Source: Octopus vulgaris (Eukaryota). From it: a stretch of 64,000 nucleotides of DNA. The translations under genes were made by a program, and so were the position numbers. Positions 25,769-38,608 of this stretch are shown one piece after another (position 1 is the first letter of the stretch; every line of letters begins with the position of its first letter). The notes below the pieces were generated by a model. That model saw only the letters and a program-made list of their open reading frames with translations. It searched no databases and had not been told where the DNA came from. The DNA lies in contig OX597816.1 of NCBI GenBank assembly GCA_951406725.2, forward strand, positions 108,748,001 through 108,812,000, written 5' to 3'.

Positions 25769-25860
25769 GCCTGCATAGCTCAGTCGGTAGAGCATCAGAC
25801 TTTTAACAACTGTCGAGTTATGCAATCTGAGGATCGTGGGTTCAAGTCCCTTAGTGGGTG
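25769..25860 (+). tRNA. tRNA-Lys(UUU)-type gene with 19-nt intron (25806-25824); possibly a pseudogene
   Basis: GCCTGCATAGCTCAGTCGGTAGAGCATCAGACTTTTA-[ACAACTGTCGAGTTATGCA]-ATCTGAGGATCGTGGGTTCAAGTCCCTTAGTGGGTG. Spliced length 73 nt; D arm and anticodon arm match eukaryotic Lys-UUU; A and B boxes intact; TTTT 7 nt downstream. Acceptor stem has 3 G-U pairs and an A-A mismatch; T stem has a U-U mismatch. Confidence 0.8.
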
Positions 25861-26600
25861 ATAAGATTTTACTTGCTGAAACAGAAATTTTTTTTAAAGA
25901 AAATCTTTATAAAATTACGAAATTTCATTAATATAAATGCAATTCTAAATCTAACCCTAATCCCCAACCCTAAACCCTAACCTTTATCTGAACACTAATC
26001 CTAAACTGTAACTTTAGAATCTTAAATGAATTCCCTAATATTAACTCTAATGCTAAACACGAACCCCCAAACCTTAATCCCTGGGACTTTGTTACTTTAT
26101 AACTCCTTTAATAATATTAACTCTTTCATCCCCCATGAGATTCAATCGACTTGTTTTCCATTTAAAAAATTCAGTTTCTGAGTTTAAATTCTGGAATATC
26201 CTTGTTTTTGCATTTCTGTCCTGCTTAACAGACACATGATTCTTTTACTAATTATATGCTCAGAAGAGCATATAGCTAAAAATGGCAGAACTTGGTGTTC
26301 ATAAAACATCAGATTAAATACCTTACAGGATTTTATTACAGAGCTTTATATTCTGAGTTCAAGTAATTCCTTTGAAGTAAGGTCGAGTATAGTTCCCAGG
26401 CTACTGATAAATATAAAATATGTGCCAGTGGAGTTTTGGGTTAAATATATTTGGCTGTGGGCTGATATATGTTTCCTGCATGCAATGATCCAATTGGTTG
26501 TTCACTAATACATCATTGCTGAATGCTGCACACTCATAGATGTGTGACTTGAGCACATCTGTGTTATGTTGATAAATAAAAAAAAAAGTAATCAAAGTTA

Positions 26601-27122
26601 CCATAAATCCTCAAGTATAATCCACATTTTTCCCCCAAAATTTAAAGGTCAAAATTCCTAGTGCATACTATATACGAGGGTAAAAAGGAAAAATATTTTC
26701 TAAGCAATGTCCGGGTCTCTATTTGCTGTCTGGCAATGTTTATTCAGACGCATTTTGTGATGTCGAGTGCGAAAATACCTTAAGCTAAGCCAGAAAGCAA
26801 TGAAGTCATAAAAAAATCATCCATAACTTGCAGTAAGCAACATTTATTAAAATAAAAGTATTCAGAACACAGAATAACATGTAACAAAAACAATTTGCAA
26901 ACATATTTACATTCCCATATAACAGTTAAGAACACCACCATTATTGTATTACGCATGTGCGGAAGTATTTGTTTGACTAGGTGCTGCTGGCTTAATTACA
27001 CACGACTCAAATTAGAGAAGGGGTGTGTATTATACACAAGGTTAAAGTTTTTCAAAGGTACAGCCCCCTAAAAATCCCCTGCGTATTATACTCAAGGGTG
27101 GACTATAATCGAGGATTTACGG
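26601..27122. mobile_element. Non-autonomous Tc1/pogo-like DNA transposon
   Basis: TIRs ccataaatcctcaagtataatccac / gtggactataatcgaggatttacgg with TA on both sides. Confidence 0.8.
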
Positions 27123-27509
27123 TATGTCCAAACTCGTATAGAAGAGTGATAGCTGTTTGTTTCTCTACTTTTTTTCATACATCTCTACATTGTTTTTCTT
27201 TAATTTTAATAGTAATAGTCTTGATCTAACAGAGATGTGACCAGTGGGGCCCTAGTAATGATATCTTGTCTTTTCTTCAGACATAGTATGTCTAGGACTG
27301 CATTAACTAATATGTCTTTCACACATAGTGAATCAAGAACTGTATTATCAAACATATCTTTTAAGTATAGTGCATCTAAAGCTTATTATACAATGTTCTT
27401 AAGATATGTTGGATAATATTATACAATGTTCTTAAGATATGTTGGATAATGTAACCATAAACATATCTTAAGATATGTTGGATAATGTAACCATAAACAC
27501 ACTACATAT

Positions 27510-27778
27510 CAGTGGTTCCCAAACATTTTCAGGCCGCCACCCACTTCCAGGTCACATTCCTAGCACCCCAACCCCAACTAAGCATCACAAACATAGACCT
27601 CTTTCTGAAGCAAATTCAAAGCAACTGTATTTCACAAATAAACTTAACCTAATGAACCCATTATTTTGTTGTTTTTACATGAATTGCTACCCCATTATTG
27701 CTCCACTTTTCTTCAATGCCCCCTTGGAACTTTCCACCAACCCCAGGGGTGCAATACCACCCACTTTGGGAACCACTG
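27510..27778. mobile_element. hAT (Charlie-like) MITE
   Basis: TIRs cagtggttcccaaa / tttgggaaccactg; 8-bp TSD only partly preserved. Confidence 0.8.
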
Positions 27779-27947
27779 CTATTTTTATGAATAACTGGAA
27801 GGATGGTTAAAACTGTAATGTTTTTGACCATAAGTGGTTAAGAGGTGGTTCCACACTCCTCAAACCCCTGAACTCTCAATACAGGGCCTCACTACCAGAT
27901 GCAGTGTAAAGTCTTACCTAGGATATAACAGAGAGAGAGAGAGGGGG

Positions 27948-28021
<74 letters not shown>

Positions 28022-28985
28022 TAAGTAAGCAGAACTTTGAATTAATTATCTGTGATGAATAGAGTCCAAGAGATTTAAAAGAAAGTGGTTAAGTCAAGCA
28101 TGAAAATGGTAAACCTTATAGTAAAAATAATTTAATAAACGACCTCTCACACATACATATATGTATATCTGTATGTATGTGCACATATGCATATAGGTAT
28201 GTATATGCATATAATTATACACACACACACATGAAGATACATATGCAGATACATATACTCGTATAAATATACATATTCACACAAACACATGTACACACGT
28301 ACGTACGTCCCCATGTGCATGTACATACAGACATTGTAGATAATATTTTTCTTAACAAGAGAAAATTTCAGCCACCAAAAAACTAAAGAAGTTATTAGAA
28401 AAAGATGATAAATAAAAAAAAATAAAAAAACACCTAAAATGTTAGTAAAATAAAAAATAAAGAGAAACCTAATATTTAATGGTTGGAACCAATAATAAAG
28501 TATGGGAGCATCAACAGCTGAATCAGTATGGAAATATGGCTGACAAGATAATGTCTTAGACTTTCTGAAGAATTATGGAAAAAAAAGACCTAAAATTAGT
28601 TTTCATAATACTATATCTTTGATATAATGTGTATATAATATACATATAATGTTTATGTATATAATATACATATAATGTTTATATATATATATTTTCCATT
28701 AAAAAAAATTCAGTTTCTGAGTTTAAATTCTGGAATATCCTTGTTTTTGTATTTCTGTCCTGCTTAACAGACACACAAATCTTTTCATAAGCCTACTCTG
28801 GGGCAAACCTCAGAGCAGACTCTTAATCTTTCATATAGGCACAGACAGACACACACACATATACGCACTCTCTCTCTCTCTCTCTTTCTCTCTCTCACAC
28901 ACACATAAACACAAATGCCTACACATACAAATGTATAAATACAAAAACACATGCAACTTCCTACATATATACATATGTATATTCG

Positions 28986-29041
<56 letters not shown>

Positions 29042-29622
29042 CAGTGTACATTTAAACACATAAGAGATGGCCATAACAGGACATCTGATTCGCTAGAAAG
29101 AGTAGTTAAATTCCAAACCACTATTAGGAGTAATTTCGAAAGGGAATGAAAAATAAAAAAACATTTACCCTCTATTTCCTATACCATGGTTTCAAGCTAT
29201 CTTCAGTAAAGAAAATAATTTACTTGGCGAAGCTATTGTCAGTAGGAAAGCCAAGATTAACATATAAAGATGAGGCAATACAGAACATGCCTCGTGTTTA
29301 TATGTTATAATTTCTCAAAATCTACCATGCAAGCGTGTTTTTTTTATCAGCAGCAAATATAAAAAATGCCGATTTTATATATATATATAATACACATGCA
29401 CACACACATATGCACATTCATGTGCATCTAAATTTAAGCACACATGCATAATGTAAAACAGTGTATAGATAAAGAATGGTATTGTTGGAAATATATCCAT
29501 GCAGTGGCCAAAGATCTTAGCAGCCAAAATGAGTTAACTGTGATCAACTGGAATGGAGACTGCATTTAAGAGTTGTTTCATTTAGAACTTTTTTCACTGT
29601 TGGCTCAGTTGCTCATTGTCAA

Positions 29623-30282
29623 AGAGTAAATAAATAATCTTTTCTACTCAAGGCACAAGGCCTGAAATTTTTTGGGAGGGGGTCAGTTGACTAGATCGAC
29701 CCCAGTATGCAACTGGTACTTAATTTATTGACCCCAAAAGGATGAAAAGCAAAGATGACCTCAGCGGAATTTGAACTCAGAATGTAAAGACATGAAATAC
29801 TGCTAAGCATTTTGTCCAGCATGCTAACGTTTCTACCTGCTTAGTGCCTTAGAGTAAAGAAATAATCCATTCTACTATAGGCACAAGGCCTGAAATTTGG
29901 AGGAAGGAGATAGTCAATTATATCGACCCCAGTGTGTAACTGGTACTTAATTTATCGATCCTGAAAGGATGAAAGGCAAATTCAACCTCGGCAAAATTTG
30001 GACTCAGAATGTAGTGACAGACGAAATACCTGTTTCTTTATTACCCACAAGCGGCTAAACATAGAGGGGACAAACAAGGACAGACAAACAGATTAAGTCG
30101 ATTACATTGACCCCAGCACGTAACTGGTACTTAATTTATCAACCCCGAAAGGATGAAAGGCAAAGTTGACCTCGGCAGAATTTGGACTCAGAATGTAGTG
30201 GCAGACGAAATACTGCTAAGCATTTTGCCTGGCATGCTAATGATTCTGCCAGCTCACTGCCTTCTTAGAGTAAATAAATAAT
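29623..30282 (-). mobile_element. Tandem array of three SINE units
   Basis: Three copies of actggtacttaatttat..ggatgaaa..ctcagaatgta; agagtaaataaataat-like flank occurs three times. Confidence 0.85.
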
Positions 30283-30296
30283 GTCAACACAATTAC

Positions 30297-30464
30297 CTCG
30301 TTTAACTGTTTGACTGTTTTTTCAAGGTCCCACCGTTCTTTCTGAATCAACTGGTGTTCTTGGATAACTAAAGAGGTGTTACTCTCTAGTAAGTTAAGTT
30401 TTTCCATTTTTTCTTCATAAGATGCTTTTAAAGTACACAGCTCTCCAGAAAGGTCTTCACAAAC
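30297..30464 (-). CDS. Coding exon 3, 168 bp (VCEDLSGELCTLKASYEEKMEKLNLLESNTSLVIQEHQLIQKERWDLEKTVKQLNE), phase 0 to 0
   Basis: Strong polypyrimidine tract ending tttctacag, donor GAG|gtaatt; 56 open codons with heptad-like E/K/L pattern. Confidence 0.85.
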
Positions 30465-33400
30465 CTGTAGAAATGAGTAAATAAAATAAAAATATAAATC
30501 TATGAATCATGATGAAGAACATGCTTTGAATGACTTAGTATATTTGTTTATTTATTATTTTTTTTTTATGGTATTTTGCTCATTTACAACCATTTTTCTA
30601 TGCTAAATTAGATGGAATAGGATTTTGTTGACGTAATTGTCAATACAGTCTGTTGTTCTTTCTATCATTTGTGAAATAATTATGGTGTAGGAGTGGAATG
30701 TTGTCATTTAAGTAAGACTGACACATGCAGAGTTTAAGTGGAGATGAATAACGTGACAAATGCTTTAAGCTTATAAGATAAATTCTAAATTTATGTCATA
30801 ATGTTAAAATTCAAAGAAGAGCAATTCCCATCAGACTGGTGATTATTATTTTTTTCTATATCAAATCTTTCCACTTTACAAGTCCCACACATTACTGAAT
30901 ATCTTTTGTGTTATTTCTCAAATTCTCCAAATAATAAGGGAAATCCAATATTGAGAAAACCAGCAAGACTCATGGCTAGGATTGTCCTACAGTCATAGAA
31001 AGGGAATTTCACATTACATCTCTATTTCCTTTTACTATCACTGGTTAGGGATTACAGTACAAGTATCCTTGTCACTCCTGCAATGGGATGGAGTGAGGGG
31101 AAGAGAAACTGAAACTTGTCACTGAAGAAAAAGTGCGCTTGAAAAGAGGAATACTCAATAGTGCTGGTATAGAGTATCTTCAAATGCAGTTGCTGCATGC
31201 AAGACTGCAACTCCCATGTGGGTCTGTACAGCCTCAGTAGATGCTGCCATCAGCAGCTGACACAAAATTCTCCAGGCACAAACCTTTGGTCTTTTGAAAC
31301 CGACAGTTGCCTGTCCCATATCATCCTTGTCAAAATTTCAGAAATTTTCTGCAAATTGTACCAACATTATTTTCAAATCTTTTAAACAAACTGGTGATGA
31401 TGAGATCAACGTGGTTGATATTCAGGGTTATACTTTTGCAAGTCAATGTTTGCAGCAAAAATGTTCTGAATGAGAAGAGGGTTCCACAGAATTGCAGATG
31501 TTGGTGAAATTGATTAGACAAAGCTTTTAGTGTAGAAGGATGCTGGATTCAGAAAAAAACGGTGGACCTATGCAGCTAATTATTTCAAAGAAGTGTGTTA
31601 GAGAGCTGACCCCACCCTATTTTACTGCATTTTAAACTAAATACATGGCATTGGTGACCAAATCAGAGCAATGACAATGAATTTCATATCATGGACTCCC
31701 AGGGAGTATCATAAGGAGGTTCAATTCCTGAAGGGCCACTTAAATGGGGCCCCACTGACTGCTATTTTTACAGCATTTACTTTGCTCCTACACATTGATT
31801 AAACTATGATCAACATCAGTGCTTAGCACATTTTCAGAAATATGTTTAGGCATTCTAAATACCTTCACATACATTCAAATCGAAATAAAGAGTTATAACA
31901 AGTACATTTCAAGTGTGGTAGTGTGGATATTTATATTTTGTAGTTTATGAAACTTATGTCTAGGTGGAAAACTAATCTTCCTGTTCTGGTTACAGTATCT
32001 CCCTAAAGATTTGTAATAGAAAATAGATTGAGACTGAGATGAAATGGAACCTAATCATTTTATCTCAGTCTCATTTTAATATATTTTCAGCAATGGTGAA
32101 GTGATGGAAAAACTATGATAGTTATGATAATCACACATTTCACTTGCTTAGTACAAATGGAGGTTCAAGTCTAAAAATATGAAGTGAATTAATTACTACA
32201 GTGAGTTTGGAAGCACATATAACACCATGAAAGTGTCGCAAATTTTCATTGTCAGAATAAAATAAAAAAAAAAAAGAGCAACATGGAAAATGATCCTGAA
32301 GGTCTCAAAGGTACCCTCTGCAGGAGCTAGCTTGAATGGTACCCAAAGGGTGGCTTTAAGGCAAGTGTTATATATTTGAGAGGATTAATAAAGTCCATTT
32401 ATTAGTTATCATTAGATGGGTTAAAATAGTATCACACGCACGTTGTGTGTGTGTATGTGAAAGTGTCTAAGTTGATGTGTATCCTTGTCTTGACATCACA
32501 TAATGACTGTAAGCAAGCATGTTGTTCATTTCTGTCCTTTCATGAAAAATATGCATGGCCATGGGAAATATTACCTTTCTTGGTAACAAGTGAGGGTGCA
32601 CAACGGAGAGGGCATCCAATTGTAGAAAATCTGCCCCAACAAATTCTGTCTGATTTATACAGGCATGGAAAAGTGGACGTTAAAATGATGATGATGATTA
32701 TGATGATGATGATATGTCACCCATATACACTGGCATATATGGTAATTAGATGATGACGACAATTTCTTTATGCTGGAAAATCACGAGGAAGAGTGGCATA
32801 TCCTCAACTGGTTATGTAAACTAGTCCTTGAGGCTGCAGGGCTGTTCTTCCTGCTTGTGCTTAGCAGTTTTAAAATTAGTGTTGGCTAATGCAATCCAAT
32901 CCCACCCTTTAGACTGAAAATAGTGACCAGCAATCTGTAGGTTTTACACTGGCATGACCTTGTCTTAGGTGAATTGCTTTACAGAGCTGGAGAGCTCTAC
33001 CAACCCTGGAGTTACAAGAAGGGTGTCAAAGTGGGTACTAGACTATCAGAGGGACTTTATTCCTTGGTTTATTGTTGAAGAAAATTCCCCTAACCTTTTT
33101 CTTTCTCAAAGGCACTCACATGGCAGTGAAGGTTTGTACTTGGAATTTCTTCCACAACATGTTAATTAACCCACAATTGGGACACTGACAAATGCTAAAA
33201 CTCTGGGTCAGAATAGACTTGGGAACAATTGTAGCTAACCTTGGAATTCCTGAACTAGGGCTCCACTGCCGGATGAAGTTTTAAGTTATCCTCAGGACAA
33301 AGCAATTGGATATAAATGGACTTAAAAGCAAGATGACAATTTTGTAACATAGCACTAGTCTAACGTGACTATTACAAAAATTGGTCATTAAATCTTGTTA

Positions 33401-33704
33401 AGAATTAGCTGGATTAATTATGATACTCATAAATGATGAAATATCAGCTGCAGTGGGATTGGCTCAGAAACAGCAATGCTGTAATCGGTGCTTTATATCT
33501 TTTGCAACAGGATCTGCCAAAGATGTTGAAAAATACTTTCTTGTCATGCCTTATTAATAGACTGAAAAAAATTTCATGTCTTTTACTGAATTACTAAATT
33601 AACCCTGACTAATCTGTATGTGTGTGCTTGTGGGTGTAAGCGTATAGGTGCATGTGAGTGAGAATGTGTGTAGGAGTGTGTGTGTATATATGTGTATAAA
33701 TATG

Positions 33705-33735
<31 letters not shown>

Positions 33736-33826
33736 GCATATATATGTGTGTATATATATTTGTGTGTTTGTATATGTGTGTGTGTGTGTGTATATATATC
33801 ATCATCATCATCATCATCGTTTAACG

Positions 33827-33864
<38 letters not shown>

Positions 33865-34376
33865 AATGAATGTCTTATAAAACTATTCTATGCATACAAT
33901 AACAGCCATACCAACCTAACACATCATCAACTGCCCCATAGATATCAGTATGGTTTTGACACCTGGGCAGTACCATTCAATCCAGCAGTGTCAACAGCAC
34001 TAAAATAAGTGTTGTTTGGGAACAAGCATACCTTAGATATCACCACCTTCATTCGATCTTAATTCTAGGAAGAATTAAACACTAATATTATTAATTAAAC
34101 TACAACAAAGAAACTACATTTACTCTATGTACAAAACAGTATTGGTAAATTATATATATATCAATCCCTCTCTCTCTCTCTCTCAGAGAGGCACAAGCAC
34201 CTACACACACATATACACACATGGCAGTAACTTCCACCTACCAAATTCAGTCACAAAGCTTCAGTCGGCTCGGGGCTATAGTAGAAGACACCTGCCCAAA
34301 GTGCCATGCGGTGGAACTGAACCCGAAACCATGTAGCTAGGAAACAAGCTCCTTAACTACACAGCCATGCCTGTGC

Positions 34377-34407
<31 letters not shown>

Positions 34408-34663
34408 TATGATGGGTTTCTTTTAGTTTCCACCCACTAAAACCACTCACAAAGCTTTGGTTGGCCTGTAGCTATTGTAGATGACACTTGCCCAAGGTGC
34501 CATGCAATGGGACTGAACCGAGACTACATGGCTGGAAAGTAAGCTTCTTAAGCATACAGCCACATCTGCATCTTATATGATTTTTTAAAAATATTTTTTT
34601 GCTTTATATACATTATATTGTCTATTTTGCTATATCCTTACTGGTTTAATAATATTAAATTGA

Positions 34664-34886
34664 AGGCGGCAAGCTGGCAGAAACGTTTGCATGCCGGGTG
34701 AAATGCTTAGCAGTATTTCGTCTGTCTTTATGTTCTGAATTAAAATTCTGCTGAGGTCGACTTTGCCTTTCCTCCTTTTGGGGGGATGTCAATAAATTAA
34801 GTACCAGTTGCATACTGAGGTCGATCTAATCAACTGCCCCCCTCCCCCAAAATTTCGGGCCTTGTGCCGAGAGTAGAAAAGGAAAG
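34664..34886 (+). mobile_element. tRNA-derived SINE with Nin-like central domain and 16-bp TSD
   Basis: TSD aataatattaaattga at 34648-34663 and 34887-34902; central gcctttc..gtcaataaattaagtaccag block. Confidence 0.85.
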
Positions 34887-35142
34887 AATAATATTAAATT
34901 GATTTTCTTATAAAACAGGTTCATCTTTCAAGACAAAAGAGTCTGTTCTAGTTTTTCCATAGTCTGATATTTAGTAATAAAAGAAGTTAATAGTGGTACT
35001 TATATACTAATGTATAGTTATTGGTAACTTCTCACTTTCTTCTATGATTGCTGATTTTATTCTATTATTATACTAGTATGGCATATGTAATTGCAGAAAA
35101 TCAGTACACTTTTGTAGAATCCAATGTATACATGTGTGTGTA

Positions 35143-35186
<44 letters not shown>

Positions 35187-35194
35187 TATGTGTA

Positions 35195-35250
<56 letters not shown>

Positions 35251-35739
35251 TACGTGTATGTCTGCATGAGTGTGTGTGCTTATATATATATATAAATACA
35301 ACAAGAGGCTTCCAAATAGGAAAGCCTTGTGCTAGAAAGAGCAGTAGAAAACTCAAACCACCAATTAAGGATAAATTTCCGAAAGGAATGAAAATTAAAA
35401 ACGTTTACCATCTCAATTATTTCTCAGACCATGGTTTCTAACTATTTCCAGCAAAAAAATATTTGCTGAAGGTCAGTTTTCATCAGTGGGAAAGCCTTTA
35501 GATTTCAAATATACACACAGCCAGATCCACATGTAAAACTAACTGCCTGCATATCCTAACTTTTCAGACCACTGCGCAGACGCAGATTATACCCGTCGAC
35601 AGAGAGGATACCGGTAAAAATTTCGAACAAATTTATCAAAGAATATTTAAACATAATAAATAACAATAGGGTAATAAAAAATTATTATTACCAGTGGCCT
35701 AGCACAAAAAACGAATTAGTCATTAGACTATGTAATGTC

Positions 35740-36467
35740 AGTGTGCATACACAACAGAGAAAAGTTGGACTTAAGAGGCATCAGATGTGGTGTGCAAGAG
35801 AGACGACTGCGCTGGTATGGCCATGTGGCAAAAATGGATGAGGACAGCTGTGTGAAAAAGTGTCACACCCTAGCAGTTGAGGGAACCTGTGCATAAGGTA
35901 GACCCAGGAAGACCTAGGATGAGGTGGTGAAGCTTGACGTTCAAATATTGGGCCTCACTGAGGCAATGACTAGTGACCTTTGGAGATATGCTGTGCTTGT
36001 GAAGACTTGACAAACTAAGTTAGACCATAATGTATGACCTATGCCAGTGGTGTATAACCAGCCCAGTTATGAGTACCCTTCATTCATTGGACAATAAACT
36101 TTGCTTGCAAAGACCTGTTGAGGCAAGTGATATCAAAATCAAAATTGCTGACGTGGCCAATGACAGTACCACCTGATTGGCACTCATGCCAGTGGAATGT
36201 TAAAAGCACCATCCAAGCATGACTGTTGCCAGGACTGCTGACTGGCTCCCATGCCGGTGGCACATAAAAAGTACCATTTGCGTGTGATCATTGCTAGTGT
36301 CGCCTTACTAGCACATTTGCTGGTGGCACGTGAAAAACAACATTTGAGCGTGGTCATTGCCAGTGCTGCTGGTCTGGCTCCCATGTGGGTGGCACGTAAA
36401 AAACTGTCCAACCCATGCCAGCATGGAAAGTGGATGTTAAACAATGACGATGACGACGACGATGATA
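35740..36467 (+). mobile_element. RTE LINE 3' fragment (ORF end plus 3'UTR)
   Basis: RRLRWYGHVAKMDEDSCVKKC..GRPRKT; same family as 21070-22617; (GAT/GAC)n tail. Confidence 0.85.
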
Positions 36468-36469
36468 TA

Positions 36470-36592
36470 TGAGGGGTGTATGAAAAGTCTTGAGCCTCAA
36501 AAAAACAAAACATGGTACAAGACTTCTGATGAAGGTACAAGACTTCAAGGCTTAAAGGCCTTGAGGGCTCAACACTTTTCATACACCTTTCA
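36470..36592. mobile_element. Mariner-type MITE (~120 bp)
   Basis: ~30 bp TIRs tgaggggtgtatgaaaagtcttgagcc / ggctcaacacttttcatacacctttca, flanked by TA. Confidence 0.8.
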
Positions 36593-36640
36593 TATATATA
36601 TATATATATATAAATGTGTTATACATGTGTGTGTGTGTAT

Positions 36641-36679
<39 letters not shown>

Positions 36680-37230
36680 GGGCTTCTTTTAGTTTCCATC
36701 TACCAAATCCACTTCATGACTATAGTAGAAGAAACTTGCCTAAGGTGCCACACAGTGGGATTGAACTTGGAACCATGTGGTTGGAATGCAAGCTTCTTAG
36801 CACACAGCCATGCCTGCTCCTGTATATATAAGAATGATAAACAGTACATTTACTGGTATTCACAAGGCTTTGTCAAGCTGAAATTAATTAACTAGAAGAG
36901 CACAAAGCAGTGTTGAGAGAAATATGTGCACAACCATATTTATCACAATCTAGTACATTATAAATAGAATTTTCTCCTGGGACTGTTTCTGCAGCACAAG
37001 GTTTTCCTGTGTCTAAGTGTACATGAGTGTGTTAAATATGATTGTACATGCATATGTCTCTTGCAGTGCTGCTTTGTGCACCTCATTTTAATTAATTCCA
37101 GCTGGATCAATCTGGAATTGAGTGGGCGTCCGGTTGAACAGAGTTTTGTCACATTATTTAAAAACTAGCAGAATCTGTGCCTCTTTCTGCTACTAAAGTA
37201 AGGTTTACACTTCTTCAGCACTCTCCACTT

Positions 37231-37436
37231 ATTTCTTTACTACCCACAAGGAGCTAAACATAGAGGCGACAAACAAGGACAGAGAAACGGATTAAGTCGA
37301 TTATATCGACCCCAGTGCGTAACTGGTACTTATTTAATTGACCTCAGTGGAATTTGAACTCAGAACGTAACAACAGACAAAATACCACTAGGCATTTCGC
37401 CCGATGTGCTAACGTTTCTGCCAGCTCACCGCCTTC
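37231..37436 (-). mobile_element. SINE, same family, with 16-bp TSD
   Basis: tcagcactctccactt on both sides. Confidence 0.85.
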
Positions 37437-38574
37437 TCAGCACTCTCCACTTGATGCTGTAATAACTCTCTTCACCTGGACACTTACCTAAACTGTACGA
37501 GTGAAATTTTCTGCTCTTGCCCACATGAGCACAGATATGTCTTTGGACACTGGCAGAACACAGCATGAATATAAAGATTACAGTCTCCACCATCAATATT
37601 TTCCATCACCACATTCTGATAGTTTGGTATAAGGTTTGCTAAACTCAGCTTAATACATTAAATACAAACATATTCATACGCATACATATTCACACATGAT
37701 TTTAGAATCAACCCACCCCCATCCTGCATACTCCCCCAGTCACAACTCCACTTTACAGGTATTTACCTCACACACAACGATGACATTGATCTCCATCCAA
37801 GGGACATAACTCTAAAAAACTTAAGTTCCCTCGCTGGGTTTTCTCCCACAGTATTTCCATTCTGATTTTTCCAACACCTGCAAAGTGGATGTACCACTTT
37901 CTTATCTCTAATGGCAGGGAGCCCATGCCTAATTGTTCCTACCATCTCTTCTGATAAGTGCTGAGATTGATTTTCTAAAATTCATGTACAAAGCCATTTC
38001 TATCAATTGGCTGAAAGAAGATTATAAAACTGTATTGTATAAATAATTGATACAGCCTCTCTATTGACAAATATGAGTGCTTGTTTTTTTCCTCATTCAT
38101 AAATTTCTCAGAGAGCAATATATGCTATATATATATATCCACTAAGCCTTTTTTATTTTCTCTCCCTTTTTATTTCTGTGTTCCTTTCTGTCGAAGAGCA
38201 TAGATTTGAAACATAAAAGACTTTCTCACTTCCTGAGCGTTAAATTAATACATCTGTTTGTTGTTTACACACCTGTCTTTGTCTTTTGCTTTTTTTTGTA
38301 AATTCTCACTATACACACACACACATATATGTACACACAGACATATTGTATATATATATATATATATAACATATATAGGTTTTTACAGTCATCTAAAAAT
38401 CTATATATATCTGTCTGTCTATCTGCCTGTCTGTCTGCCTGTTTCTCTCTCTCTATATACACACATACACATATAAATGTATAACATATATAAGTTATAT
38501 AACATTTATAGTCATCTAAGAATCTATATATATATATGTCTGCTTCTGTCTGTCTGACCCCCCCCCTCTCTCTC

Positions 38575-38608
<34 letters not shown>

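Noticed and set aside
26401-26560. Possible alternative terminal exon (cacag acceptor, minus strand)
   Set aside because: In phase 0 it gives 17 codons then a stop; no independent support.
27340-27500. Short tandem duplications (ttcttaagatatgttggataat x3)
   Set aside because: Ordinary slippage repeats within a decayed interspersed repeat.
31100-31560. Complex sequence with an NFRNFL..F..LL peptide resembling Harbinger transposase
   Set aside because: Similarity too short; no TIRs or further motifs recognised.
33500-33600. Plus-strand acceptor followed by a short peptide (..YFLVMPY)
   Set aside because: Terminates quickly, no donor and no upstream exons.
37488-37549. Candidate extra minus-strand exon with gtaagt donor
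   Set aside because: 62 bp would break the phase 0-0 join between exons 2 and 3; the peptide is not coiled-coil-like.
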